DNA of 64,000 nt, from positions 1 to 64,000 of the forward strand of contig JALAGF010001625.1 in NCBI GenBank assembly GCA_030167865.1. The letters are read 5' to 3'. Shown here one piece after another: positions 14,337 through 25,716 of this stretch. Every line of letters begins with the position of its first letter. Within the stretch, counting starts at the first letter, position 1. The DNA comes from Craspedostauros australis (Eukaryota). Under the pieces are notes generated by a model. It was not told the origin of the DNA. It searched no databases and saw nothing but the letters and a program-made list of their open reading frames with translations. The translations under genes were made by a program, and so were the position numbers.

Positions 14337-14789
14337 ATGAACTCTCAAGAGATTGGACCGACAGCGGTCGCTATGGACACGACGGCATCCCGGAGCATCT
14401 TCGTCTTTGGTGAACCGGCTTCCCCTCCCCAACATCAGGCACCATCGTTTTCCCACAACACAATGCCTACACCACCACGGTCTGCGATGAGCTCCATGGC
14501 ATTGCCTGTGCTGTCATCGTTCGCCAACCCCAAGGGCGCGGCAGCAGCGGCCTCATCAAAACGAAAGCGGCATGCAGAGGCGGAAGTGGAGCGCAGTGCT
14601 CCGGAAGCTTCCCAACAGGATCAGCAACCACAGCATGGTTTCTTCACGAGATTGTTGGATTCGGTCACGACTGGTGCAAGCGGTCGGAAACGAACCACCG
14701 CCTCCACGATAAGCAAGTACAGGGACGACCTGGCCATGCTGGATGAGATTCCTGTGACCTTCGATCGCATGGATTGTGCATTCTTGTGA
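14337..14789 (+). CDS. Short hypothetical protein (about 150 aa), low complexity with a basic KRKR patch
   Basis: Open frame with coding-like composition; no family recognised. Confidence 0.4.
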   Translation: MNSQEIGPTAVAMDTTASRSIFVFGEPASPPQHQAPSFSHNTMPTPPRSAMSSMALPVLSSFANPKGAAAAASSKRKRHAEAEVERSAPEASQQDQQPQHGFFTRLLDSVTTGASGRKRTTASTISKYRDDLAMLDEIPVTFDRMDCAFL

Positions 14790-17133
14790 GCAAGCGGATG
14801 CTGAAATTGGATTTCAGATCGAGCAAGCGCACACAAACAGGCAGAAGCACAAACACACAGGAATATTAAAGATATGATGTGGTGTGATTGGCATAGAGAG
14901 ATGGGTGGCATGAGAGTAAGATACAAGCAATAAGAAATAAAACAGGACAGAAACATGGGACACCATAATGCACAGAACAGTGCAGCACAGTGCGACTTTC
15001 TGGAGAGCGGTCGATTGGTAGATTTTGTTCTTGGGATACCCCGATGCTCACCTGTGTTCTCACGAGGACATGCTGAGAGCGCTGATGCGATGGAAGGGAG
15101 AGCAATTCTCCAACAACATCAGTCTACCACACGTTTCAAGTCGTTGCAGCAGATGCTCATTCCACCCGTACTCGTATGTCCAGTACCTCCTTTGATGGTG
15201 CGGAAAGTCTTGGACGGGTCGATGAAGCAAACAGTTAAGAAGGGCGAACTGAAGCTTCCTGTTGTTCTGCAGATGCACTCCGTCATGTCCCAATGGAGCC
15301 TCCACATATTTGTTGCTTCGTGAAGTTACGAGATAGTATAGTAACTGCCACGCAAGGTATGTCAAGCATGCATGATGTACTCGTATGTCCTGTTGAACGC
15401 ATGTCCTCTGGTAGGAGTGTAGACTGAAGTGGAGTATAGTACGTATGATGCGAGCATGTACTATACCCGTGGTGTACCTATGTGATGAATGTTTGTTCTT
15501 TGTTGTGGAGGTGTCAACCCAACTCCCGCAGCAGAACTTTCTCAAATCGTCTCATCGCCAGCTCGCCACCTTGTTTGCTTGCCTTTGTGCATGGTTCCCT
15601 CCACCTCTCGATCGATCGAACGAACGAACTCTGCCCTCGCTTGCATGTGGCGACAGGAGAAGCGAAGGTTGAGGGAGTGACTGGAGACTGCATGGAAACT
15701 TCTTTGTGCTGGTGGGCAAGCGCAATGCAATGCAATGCAACACACAACAGCAAGGAAGAAGAAGAGAGAGACATCAAATTTTGGAGTGGGATTGAAGCAC
15801 ACAAGAAGGAGGAAAACAAGGCACAGGTGGCGAATCTTACGGTAACTCTGCCGTTCGCCACATTTTGTCCTTTGTTGGGCACAGTGTGCGTGCATGTCGG
15901 TGGTTGTTACCGGTGGTGAGATCGTCCTGGGTGCTCAACCGTTACCACATGGCGCAGCTCTTTCGTGGGATGCGCAATCACGCCCGCAACAGACGAAAAT
16001 GATTGGTCGCCAGCACTCCGTTGCGAGCACAGCCCACGGAAAATTAACCGGACCTCACATAATTACCATCATGTGGATGAGCGTACCGGACAAAAAAAGT
16101 TGATGCACATGGTCGTCACAACGAGAGTGTGGATCTGTCAACGCAGAAAAGTTAACGGAGTCTAACGTTCCGCGCATGTATTTTTCTCCGTTCCCACGCG
16201 GTGACAGTCTCCACAGATTTTTGGGCACAAGCAGCAATCTTGTGTGATTGGTTTGTGGCTCCGCCTTTCTTCTTTGTGGCCATGGTGTTTGGCTTCTGTT
16301 TCTGGTGGGAAACGTTGTGATTCGTGGTGGGCATGCGATTGCCGCGGTTGGGAACTGTGCCAACGCGTTGGGATGGGCGGCGATGCGTTTCCTCTTTGTG
16401 CACGAGTTGCGAGCACGAGGAGAGTGCGTCTTGTCCGACCGTTTCGTTGCAGACCGCCATGCGAGGGTTGATGGTTTGATGGTGGTTGGTGGGTGTCTGG
16501 ATGGACAACGCCACCACGATGATTACTGGTATTGCTTGTGTGAACACGAACTGTATTTGTGGGAGTACATGGACGGCGACGGTTACGATACCTCAACAAT
16601 CGGGAACACAAGCGTGTGGTTGTCATCCAAGAAGCCCACACAAGGTGATCTTGCAACGCCGATCCTTTCGGCCACTTCCCCAACCCTGCTGAAACGAGGA
16701 CTGCACAGAGCAGTACACTCTTGTGGCTTCTGATTCCGTCCCCGCGAAGTTGGTGACTTGGACTTGCTGGGTCAGCCGCCTTCTTGTTCATCGCATCATC
16801 CGCTTCCGCCAGAAGTGTACTGGTATCGGCTCTGCACATATCATACTATTGCATGCCAATACAGGCACAGACGCAGACACAGCTACTCCATCGCGCAGAC
16901 TCCAACAAGTATAACATAATAGTTGGAGAGTCGACCGGAGACAACCAGAGCAGACGAAACGAGAGATTGATAGCCGTCAAGGGCAGTACATACGGAGACG
17001 GTGCACAAACTGCAGACCACAGTGAGCTGGAATAGTTCCATATACCTACACTGTCGAGTGCATCCCAGCACGTGCATCCAACCAAGCACCAATACGACCT
17101 GGAGTCCTCTGCGAGTGTTGCAGGTGGCCAAGC

Positions 17134-18984
17134 ATGAAGCTGTTCGGAGGCAAAAAGCCCCACCATGGGCCACACCACATCGCCTTGGTGGAAGCCCGCA
17201 TGGGCATCGAGGAGCAGTTCTCGTCGGACGATAGCAGCGGCATGTACTCGGCGGAGATCATCCATGCTCCCAGCCAGATGGACCAGAAGGTCAGGGACGC
17301 CTTGATCCGCCGTCAGCAGCACATGGGCCGCTTCGACAAGCAGAACCAGAAGCAGCAGAGGCAGCTGTTGCGGGATGAGGAGAACGGCTCTCTCCGCATC
17401 AATGCCCAGGATGAGCATCTCGCTTCGAAGCTCGGCGTTGCTCCCACCAATGCTGCTGCCTCCCAGAGCGACGTCAATGACCGTGCCCATACCAACATCA
17501 AGGGCAAAGCCAATGCTCGGGCTAATGCCAAGGCTAGTGCGAATGCTAACACCGCCATCGTGGCCAACCTGAAGGCGGTCTCGTTCCCAGAGACCATCGA
17601 TCCCCGGTCACGCTCCATCATATCATCCGAGTTCGATGACTCGACTGTGGGTGGGGATGAAGGCTACGAGATCACGGCGTCCAGACCACCTGCCGTCAGA
17701 GGATGGAAGAAGTGCATCAAGCAGCTCAGCTGCTCCGCCTCCAAGAGGGAGCGCAAGCTGGAGCAACAGAGACAGTTCAGCGACACCATGGTGGTGGATC
17801 TCTTCTCCATCGACAATGAATCGCTCAAGCCCACCAACATTCCCGTAGATGAAGAGGACCCACCCACCAGGTCCTGCACTCCGAGGATCAGGCTCGGTCC
17901 TGCTTTCAGCGGAAACAGCAATCACGGCAGAATGAACAAGAACGTCAGCAATCATAGCAGCAGCAATGTTGGCAATGGCAAAACTGCAAGTGGCAGGAGC
18001 AACCAAGCCGCAGGCACGTCATCCGCATCGCCGCCACCGCCCGAGAGCCCATCAAGACAGGTGCTCATCACAGTCAAGGAGGGGAAGAACCTCGTCAGCG
18101 CCTCCCAAGTCACGCCCTCGAGGTCGGACAACAAGGTCTACTCGTCCTCCACGAAGATCTACAGCCTCGACAAGCTGCCCAACTTCAACACCCTGTCAGA
18201 CAAGAACGCCGCGACAGGCAGCAAGCCGGGCGAGAAGAGGCTGCAAGTCAGGGATCTGACAAGCCAGAAGAGGGGCATCAGCTTCCCGTCCATGCGCGTG
18301 CTGTCCATGCGCAAACCAAAGCAGCAGCAAGCGCAACACGATGACAAGCCTTCCGAACAGCAGCAACCGCAGCAGTCGCAACAACAACAGCAGCACCAGC
18401 AGCACCACCCACATGTCACCATCACCACCCAACGCGCTGCACGATGGTTGGCCGGCATCGAGTCCGGCGGGTACCGCAAGGAGGATTACGAGAACAGTGC
18501 GGGACAGCATGGCAAGAACGACGCCGACTTCGACAATGATGATTCCGCCTTCTTCGACAACCGCCATCACAACTCCGAGGAGTACGATGAAGATGACACG
18601 GAGTCTTGGAACTCCTACACCACAGACGGCAAGGATGACGGCACCAGCTACACCTTCTTCACGGACTACACCGGTACGACGGGCAACCAGACGAACGGCA
18701 CCGGTTACTCCACCGACACCACGGACGGCACGGAGGGATCCTCAAGCAGCAGCGGCGCTACCGGCATGGAGAATGGCCAGGAGGATGGCACGTCGCCGCA
18801 CCGCAGCGGCCGATCGCGTTACGACAACGAGCAGCTGTACCTGGAGGAGGAGGAGATACCCATGTTCCAGGCCGTGGCCGCCGATCTGGGCGTCGTGGCG
18901 GGATTCCTGGTGGCGGACGGCACCTCGTGTTTATCGTGCGTTGCGGACACGACACGAGAATCGGTGAACGGCCTGCGTCGATAG
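17134..18984 (+). CDS. Hypothetical 616-aa largely disordered protein (Q-, S- and D/T-rich)
   Basis: Long ORF with strong C/G-ending codon bias; no domain recognised. Confidence 0.75.
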   Translation: MKLFGGKKPHHGPHHIALVEARMGIEEQFSSDDSSGMYSAEIIHAPSQMDQKVRDALIRRQQHMGRFDKQNQKQQRQLLRDEENGSLRINAQDEHLASKLGVAPTNAAASQSDVNDRAHTNIKGKANARANAKASANANTAIVANLKAVSFPETIDPRSRSIISSEFDDSTVGGDEGYEITASRPPAVRGWKKCIKQLSCSASKRERKLEQQRQFSDTMVVDLFSIDNESLKPTNIPVDEEDPPTRSCTPRIRLGPAFSGNSNHGRMNKNVSNHSSSNVGNGKTASGRSNQAAGTSSASPPPPESPSRQVLITVKEGKNLVSASQVTPSRSDNKVYSSSTKIYSLDKLPNFNTLSDKNAATGSKPGEKRLQVRDLTSQKRGISFPSMRVLSMRKPKQQQAQHDDKPSEQQQPQQSQQQQQHQQHHPHVTITTQRAARWLAGIESGGYRKEDYENSAGQHGKNDADFDNDDSAFFDNRHHNSEEYDEDDTESWNSYTTDGKDDGTSYTFFTDYTGTTGNQTNGTGYSTDTTDGTEGSSSSSGATGMENGQEDGTSPHRSGRSRYDNEQLYLEEEEIPMFQAVAADLGVVAGFLVADGTSCLSCVADTTRESVNGLRR

Positions 18985-19998
18985 GGAGGGATGGGACATT
19001 GCATATGCTATGGTACTTGTTTGGGTATATATGTATGGAGGGAGGGAGAGAAGAGAACGACGGGGAGGGAAAGGGAGAAGAGGGAAGGTGTGGGTTCCTG
19101 GTGAGACTTGGTGACGAGCACCTGGTAGGTGTACTCGAAGCTGGCCACCGGAAGAACGAATCGGGCGAAACCCACGCTCTCGCACGACGCCCGCCCGCAA
19201 TGCAGCAGCGTGCGCTAACATGTTAACAGTTGCCAAAGTGCGCAGAGTGAATTAGCAAACCGCGGAATGAAGAAGAAATGGCTGGATGCAAGTATGAATG
19301 TCTGCTTGACTCGATCCTCCATTCTGCTATGCACCCCTCCGCAGCATAGTAGTACCGCTCGTGAATTTGATAGTCGTATCTGATGTGGGTGCCTCGCTTT
19401 TTTGTTTTTCTCCATTCCAATTCAGCTCGAAATTTTGAAAAACACGAAAATTGCAGAAACCTTGACGAAATGAGAAAGGCGTCCATTCAAGTCCCATTAT
19501 TCCGTGACTGAAAAGAGGCGCGCCACAAATTCATCGTAGAACGGCGGTAGGATTGTTGCGTAGAAAATGTTGTTGGTTTGCGCGGCGTTGTGTGTTTCTG
19601 TGTTTGTTTTGTGGTGAGTTTGAGTCATGCGCCGAATTCGTTCCTTCCATGTTTCTTGGATGGACACTTTGTTGGCAGACTTTGTGAGGAGCGACTGCAT
19701 TGGTGGTGGAAGCAGGAGCTGAGCAGAAGCAGGAATAAGAGTGCTGGATCGTCGCTGTCACTGTCGCCATCATCATCATCAGCATCACCAAGTGGGACAA
19801 GCGGAGGCTGCGACGGCGAGAGCGATATCGTTGTGGTCGTTGGAGTTGAGGTGTGATTGCGATCTCATTGCTGCAGAAGTAAACGGAAGCACAACAACGC
19901 AAGCAAACAAGCAGGGAAGCGGGTGAAAGAAGACGCCTGGTCTGAATTGCAACACTCTAATCGCAAATAGAAAGATAGAGAAAGGAAAGAGCACAACG

Positions 19999-22850
19999 AT
20001 GCCGTCCGACGAATGGCATGAGGGCAAGCTGGTGGAGGTCGAGAGTCGAACATGGCCAGGGTGAGTGTCATCACATCAACGCGTGTTTCTTCATGCAGTA
20101 TGGTACTACGGTACTACGGTACTACCATACGCATGCGACTGCCGCCCATAATGACAACAGCTGATGGCAACTGGTGATGGGAGAGTGCGAGGGACCACAT
20201 GTGCAACACATCAGCAACGGCATGGAACAAGAAGAGTGAATGATGGATGGTGAATGCGTTCGTGCGTCTCCGACAGAATTCAATTGAATCAGGATACCCG
20301 CACTCGCAGGTGCAAAAAAATGAGGCTCCTTCAACCATCATATTAATATTATATGATCAATTCGACAACCGCAGACAGGTATCGCGTACCACACTCTGCG
20401 AATCTCAAATACGCATGACAAACATCCTCACACTCTCTATTCCATTGCTGTACATCCTTTCTTCCCAACCACACGACTACTAACTGCCACTTGCCTTCGT
20501 CTGCTCACATTGCAGCATCAACAAACCAGGCGGTTGCGCCCGCATCATCAAGGTCAACTATGCAACGGATGAGGTTGGAAAGCGCTTTGTCAAATCGCTG
20601 GATGTCAAATACGTCGTCAACAATGGATGCGAGAAGAACGTCGACCCTCTCGTCATCCTGCCGTACCAGGAACTTGCACCGCGTGGCAGGAGGAGACGGG
20701 GACGCGATTTCTTTGTGCCCGACAACAAGGCCACAGCAAATGACGATGCCGGAAGCAATACCGCTGACAAGAAAAAGAGCAACACCAATGCTTCTGCTGG
20801 TGCCAATGGTAGATCAAATAGACGGAAAGCTGACAGCGGTGCTGCGAACAGCAGGAGGTCACTCGCAGGCAGAGCGGCCATTGTCGTGCCATTGGACGAC
20901 GCAGATGATATGGAGGAGGAAATGAAAGTGCAGCCCAACAGAACGCGGAGCAACAAATCAACCAGAAACAAGAAGCGAACTTCATCCGAATCACGGCAGA
21001 GGTCGCGATGCACCAAGCGGACCAAATCGACAGCAGCAACGTCGGCTGTGCGCACGATGGACGACTCGGTGAGTCAACCAACCAGGCAATCCTCGAATGA
21101 CGATGGGAACGCGAAAGCTGGGAGGAGCAAGACTGCTCGGTCACGCAGCACGAACATACGGAAAGCGTCCAACAAATCAACCTCTGCTCCCCCAACTACT
21201 TCTGCACTGATTCCTGGTGCGAATCCCGATCAGCTGCATCAAAAGTCACAGGGCATACAGGCGGTGACGCCTGTTCCGTCCATTGTCACGTTGGTGCAAT
21301 CACTCGAGGTCTCTCCATTGGAACCTGCCGAGTACGTGGCTCCTGTGGAAGTCGAACCCAGTGCAAAGCGTGGCCTCTTCGTAGATCCGAACGATGCCAA
21401 AGTTAAGCCTGCGGATCATGATAGCAAGCATGCGGACCGTGGCAACTCAAAGCGGGCAGCATCGAAGGAACGCTCGGCGCAACATCAGCCATCGAAGACA
21501 GCAACGTTGTCACACTCACAAACACAACAATCACATTCGAGTGGCAAGAGACTGTCGCCGTCGCGTTCTCAGGAGGTGGGACGTGCAAGCAAGCATCCAT
21601 CCGCGCTTCCACAGCAGCAGAGTGCACCACAGAACAAAGCCAAGGCGGATCGCAATTCTGGAAAGCCCTGGGCAAATCAATCCGGCGCGAAGTTGCCTGT
21701 TGCCTCCAAGCTTCGGTCGCGACAATCGCACACCATCGCCCACAGGTCAACCGAAATCTTGAATCATGCCCCCTCCCAATCGGCGATCACCTCGCAGTCT
21801 GCCCGTTCGCCGAGGACATCATCGTGCAAGTCTGTCACAGTGCCGTCCTATTCCAACCGTGGCATGAGAAGCGTGAAGCCATCGTCCAACAAGTACGGCA
21901 CCAAGGTGGGATCGCGACGGAGTCAACCTGGCGGCGGTGTCATTCATGTGCCGGGCACCAAGTCGAATGCAAAGTCTAAGGCAAGGTTAGTTGCAAAACC
22001 CAATGCCAAGATGCAAGCCGTCGATCGGACAGGCTCGATTGTCGACGTGGCATCGGCCAAAGCCTCGCGACGGCCCCTCCAGTCCGTGTACGAACAGGAA
22101 CTGCTGAAGGCCCGTAACTTCATGGCCGAAATCAGCGGACCACGTGAGGAAGATCGCATTCATTCTTCCACGTACTCCGCTTGCACACCCGTATCGCAGA
22201 CACCGCGATGGCGTGGCAACGCGCGTCCACAAACGAAGGTCAAGGCAGATCCTGCGGAAAGATCCCCCAATCACAAGTCGCAGGAGGAAGGTGCACAGTT
22301 CGGCAGCCGCGCACATCAGCGGTCGGCAGCACAGAAGGTTCAGAAGTCATTGTGAGTTTGTGGCGTGTACTTTGCATGATCACGTGTGCATGCTGCTTGT
22401 TGACTGTTGACTGTTGACTGTTGTACTCTGTTCGGTTTTGAACTGAACAATGGAACTCACTTGCACCCGAACTGTATGCTCTGCGTTTTGTTTTGTTTTG
22501 TTGATGTCACCTTCATTCAATCCACTATCTTGTGCTTCGCGCCACTCAATTGTCCTGGTGATGGTAATGGTGATGGTGATGGTGACGTTCTGATTTCTTC
22601 ACCCCGCCTCTCTTCCTCGCCTGCGGCATGCGCGTGGAATAGACGGTACGAACAATTCCTGGCGATCTTCCAATCGTTGCGAGAGAGCCGCTTCGAAGAC
22701 GAGATGATGGAGGAGACCGATTTCAAGACGGCGACGAACGAAGTGACGAAAACGACGACGTTTACGGACGGAGAGATCGACGAGCATCTGAAGAGGCTGG
22801 TCAGCGAGGGCAAGATCGTGCAGAGCGATGGTTGCATCTTTCTGGTATAA
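19999..22850 (+). CDS. Hypothetical chromatin/DNA-associated protein (about 701 aa): Tudor/SH3-like N-terminus, basic disordered middle, MCM3-type winged-helix-like C-terminus; exons 19999-20060, 20516-22351, 22643-22850
   Basis: Splicing gives EGKLVEVESRTWPGINKPGGCARIIKV...LDVKYVVNNGCEKNVD. The C-terminus FTDGEIDEHLKRLVSEGKIVQSDGCIFLV resembles the MCM3 C-terminal WH. Both introns are phase 2 with GTGAGT donors. Confidence 0.7.
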
Positions 22851-23102
22851 GCACCGGGTTGTGATAGGGCATTGCGAATTGCATGCCGCCTCTAGACGAT
22901 TGCATCCAAACACAAGGACTCCGTGATATTCTATGTACTTCGCTCTCTCAGTTTGCAGTTGTGCATCGCCTTTTGAGAGGCCCCCAACTGGATAAGGACA
23001 ACAGACACTTGTACTGGGGGAGCACGTCGGTTATGGTTTGATCTAACCTGATTTAGATTGAATAACGTTGGCCTCTTGACACCCAATTGCTCGGCCCTCC
23101 AA

Positions 23103-23795
23103 TTACTTGTCCATATCCAAGTCGAACATGTTTGGATCGAAACCTGGAATGGGCGGCGTCCACTTGGGCATCTTCCTCCACTTGAGCGGGCGGTCCCTCT
23201 GCGTGTCCTGCTCATCATAGTTGTGAACGTGATGGAGAAGGTCTGCGTACTTGCCATCGCCATCATGATCGTTGGCTGCGTTGCTGTGAGGACGCGGCAG
23301 CATGTTGAGGGCGTGAGTCTTGAGCTTGATCTTGCAATTGAGATCGTGATCCAGCTCGTTGTGCTGCTCGAACCTGCCGATGGTGTACGCCTTGCGCACG
23401 GCCTCGCGACGTTGGATCTCCTCTGGGTCCTTGAGGGGAGGCTCCTTGGTCGTGGGAGCGTCCAGAGAGCGCAGGATGATGTCCGTCTCGCGGCTGCGCG
23501 TGGTGTCTCCCTTGGGTTTCTTCTTGCTCTTGACCTTCTTGACCTTTTTGGCCGGTGCCGTGGACTCGCTCATCCAGCGCGCAATCTCTGGTTGCATTGA
23601 TTGCTGCTGGTGTGGGAGCTGCTGCTGTGGGTGGTGTGGTTGAGATCGCCATTGAGACGAAGACAGCGTTGACATGAGCATCTGCGATGATCTGCCTGCA
23701 GCTGCAGCAGGTGCTGCCTCAAGGATTCCTCTGCATGCTGTCACTGCGGCAGAGCCGATTCTGAGGCTCCCAGAAAGGCGTTGGATGGGTGGCAT
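23103..23795 (-). CDS. Probable mitochondrial ribosomal protein mL40 (MRP-L28 family)
   Basis: R/S/A-rich transit-like N-terminus, Lys-rich segment, helical ...KLKTHALNMLP... region and C-terminal MPKWTPPIPGF motif. Start codon uncertain. Confidence 0.6.
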   Translation of the reverse strand: MPPIQRLSGSLRIGSAAVTACRGILEAAPAAAAGRSSQMLMSTLSSSQWRSQPHHPQQQLPHQQQSMQPEIARWMSESTAPAKKVKKVKSKKKPKGDTTRSRETDIILRSLDAPTTKEPPLKDPEEIQRREAVRKAYTIGRFEQHNELDHDLNCKIKLKTHALNMLPRPHSNAANDHDGDGKYADLLHHVHNYDEQDTQRDRPLKWRKMPKWTPPIPGFDPNMFDLDMDK

Positions 23796-24345
23796 GGTTG
23801 GTTGTCTTGGTTGTCTTGATGCCTGATGCCTAATAATGTCGGATGGCTCTTCTGATGCCTGATGATGTGAGATGGCTCCACTGACGGCTGCTTTGATGGC
23901 TGCTCTGTGCGTTGGTTGATTCGTCATGGTGGTGATGTGTTGTTTGGTGCTTGTGTTGGAGTTTTGGCGCTGACGCGGACGACATACAGACTCTGTATCC
24001 AAAGGTACATATATAGGCCTTTATGGATACAGAACCCAAATCTGCCACCAACCACGAAATTGTTCTCCGTCGCCACCGTTGTCGCCATCATCGTGGCGAG
24101 TGCCTCTCCTCCTTGATGTGTGCCGTGTTGCGCTCTCCACGATGCTCTCTGGAGCGTGTCATCTCCGTTCTCTCATTGTCAGACGAACTGTGTATAGTCG
24201 TAGCAGGTATTCTATCATACCATAATATTCTATTCTCTCCACACCACCACCACACGATCACTCTACGTATACTGTGGCATTCCATTCGAATCTAGTCTAT
24301 TTGAATCGACTGCAACACGAGTCTTTCATCATCTACAATCTCACC

Positions 24346-25455
24346 ATGCTCCGAACAACAGCAGCCGCATCAATCTGCCGCCGATTGGCAGGGTGCGGAG
24401 CCATCAGCGCAAACACATGCGCAGGTTCAAGCAGAAGCGCAACCGCTGCATGGCCTTCCCTTCAGCGTTCGCCAGTGGCATCGTCATTGGCATCGTCATT
24501 GGCATCGCCATTGGCCACCTCTTCCTCCATGCTGATAGCCACAGACAACAGCCAGCGTTGCATGGCATCATTCAGCATGGCCCAGCTGAAGGAACTGCGC
24601 GGCCTGTCCGGTGCGCCCATCGTGGAGTGCAAGAAGGCCCTGGGAGAGACAGACGGAGACGTCAAGGGCGCCATGGACTGGCTGCGACAGCACGGTGCCG
24701 CCAAGGCCAGCCAGAAGGTCAGCGGTCGCACTGCGTCGGAGGGTCTCGTCTCCATCCTCGTGGCGGACGATGCCAAATCCGCATCCCTCGTTCATGTGCA
24801 ATCCGAGACCGACTTTGCGAGCCGTTCGGCATCGTTCGTCGACCTAGTGCAGCACGTCGCCAACGCAACCTTGCGCTACGATGCGGCTCATGCAGACGCC
24901 ATCGCGCTCACCGAAGACCAGATCAAGGAGGCTTCCCACAACGACAAGACGGTCCAGACAGCGCTGGAGGAGGCCATCGTGGCCATACGCGAGAATCTCG
25001 GTCTCGCCAACAACACGCAGTGGAACGTCAAGGATGCCAACGCCGTCCTGGTGGGGTACGTGCACGGTCGCGTCGACGGATCGCAGGCTGGATCGGCCGC
25101 GGCCCTCGTGGAGTTGACGACGACGGACGATGCCATGGAACTCAGCGTCAAGCAGGACATCGGGAAGAAGCTCGCCATGCACATTGTCGCGGCCAAGCCG
25201 GAGTACCTGGATGCGGAATCGGTGCCCTCCCATATTGTGGATGGCGAGCGCAACATTCTCAAATCGCAGCTGGAGGATTCCAACAAGCCGCCGCAGGTCA
25301 TGGACAAGATCGTCAACGGCAGGCTGCGCAAGTTCTACGAGAGCGTGTGTCTCATCGAACAGGAGCATCTCGTCGAGGAGGGCAACCCAAAGGTCAAGGC
25401 TGTCGCCAAGGACAACAACGTCCAGATCAACCGATTTGCTCTCATTTCGATATAG
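24346..25455 (+). CDS. tsf: Mitochondrial translation elongation factor Ts
   Basis: Motifs LKELRGLSGAPIVECKKAL, VQSETDFA, AIRENL, LAMHIVAAKP and KIVNGRLRKFYE; mitochondrial-type presequence. Confidence 0.95.
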   Translation: MLRTTAAASICRRLAGCGAISANTCAGSSRSATAAWPSLQRSPVASSLASSLASPLATSSSMLIATDNSQRCMASFSMAQLKELRGLSGAPIVECKKALGETDGDVKGAMDWLRQHGAAKASQKVSGRTASEGLVSILVADDAKSASLVHVQSETDFASRSASFVDLVQHVANATLRYDAAHADAIALTEDQIKEASHNDKTVQTALEEAIVAIRENLGLANNTQWNVKDANAVLVGYVHGRVDGSQAGSAAALVELTTTDDAMELSVKQDIGKKLAMHIVAAKPEYLDAESVPSHIVDGERNILKSQLEDSNKPPQVMDKIVNGRLRKFYESVCLIEQEHLVEEGNPKVKAVAKDNNVQINRFALISI

Positions 25456-25716
25456 GGTACAATGCGAGCAGTAGTAGCAGAGCACTCAAGTGTTGCTTCT
25501 CACAGTTACAAATACTCTGTTATACACAAAGTGGAATTGTCGCTTTCTTCTGTCCTCTGGTGCATCCCGCGTCCCTTGCTCGTACCAGAGTACTTGTACA
25601 GGAACTCCACCAACAGTGTTGGCAACAGTCACAACAGCTGCTGCAACACTGATAACTTCTGTGTAACGTTCTCAATCGTTTAAAATACACATGCTGAGGC
25701 ATCAGCTACGAACACG

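Noticed and set aside
14790-17130. 2.3-kb region with many short overlapping ORFs; possible transposon relic or ncRNA
   Set aside because: No transposase/RT motifs, terminal repeats, codon bias or recognisable RNA gene.
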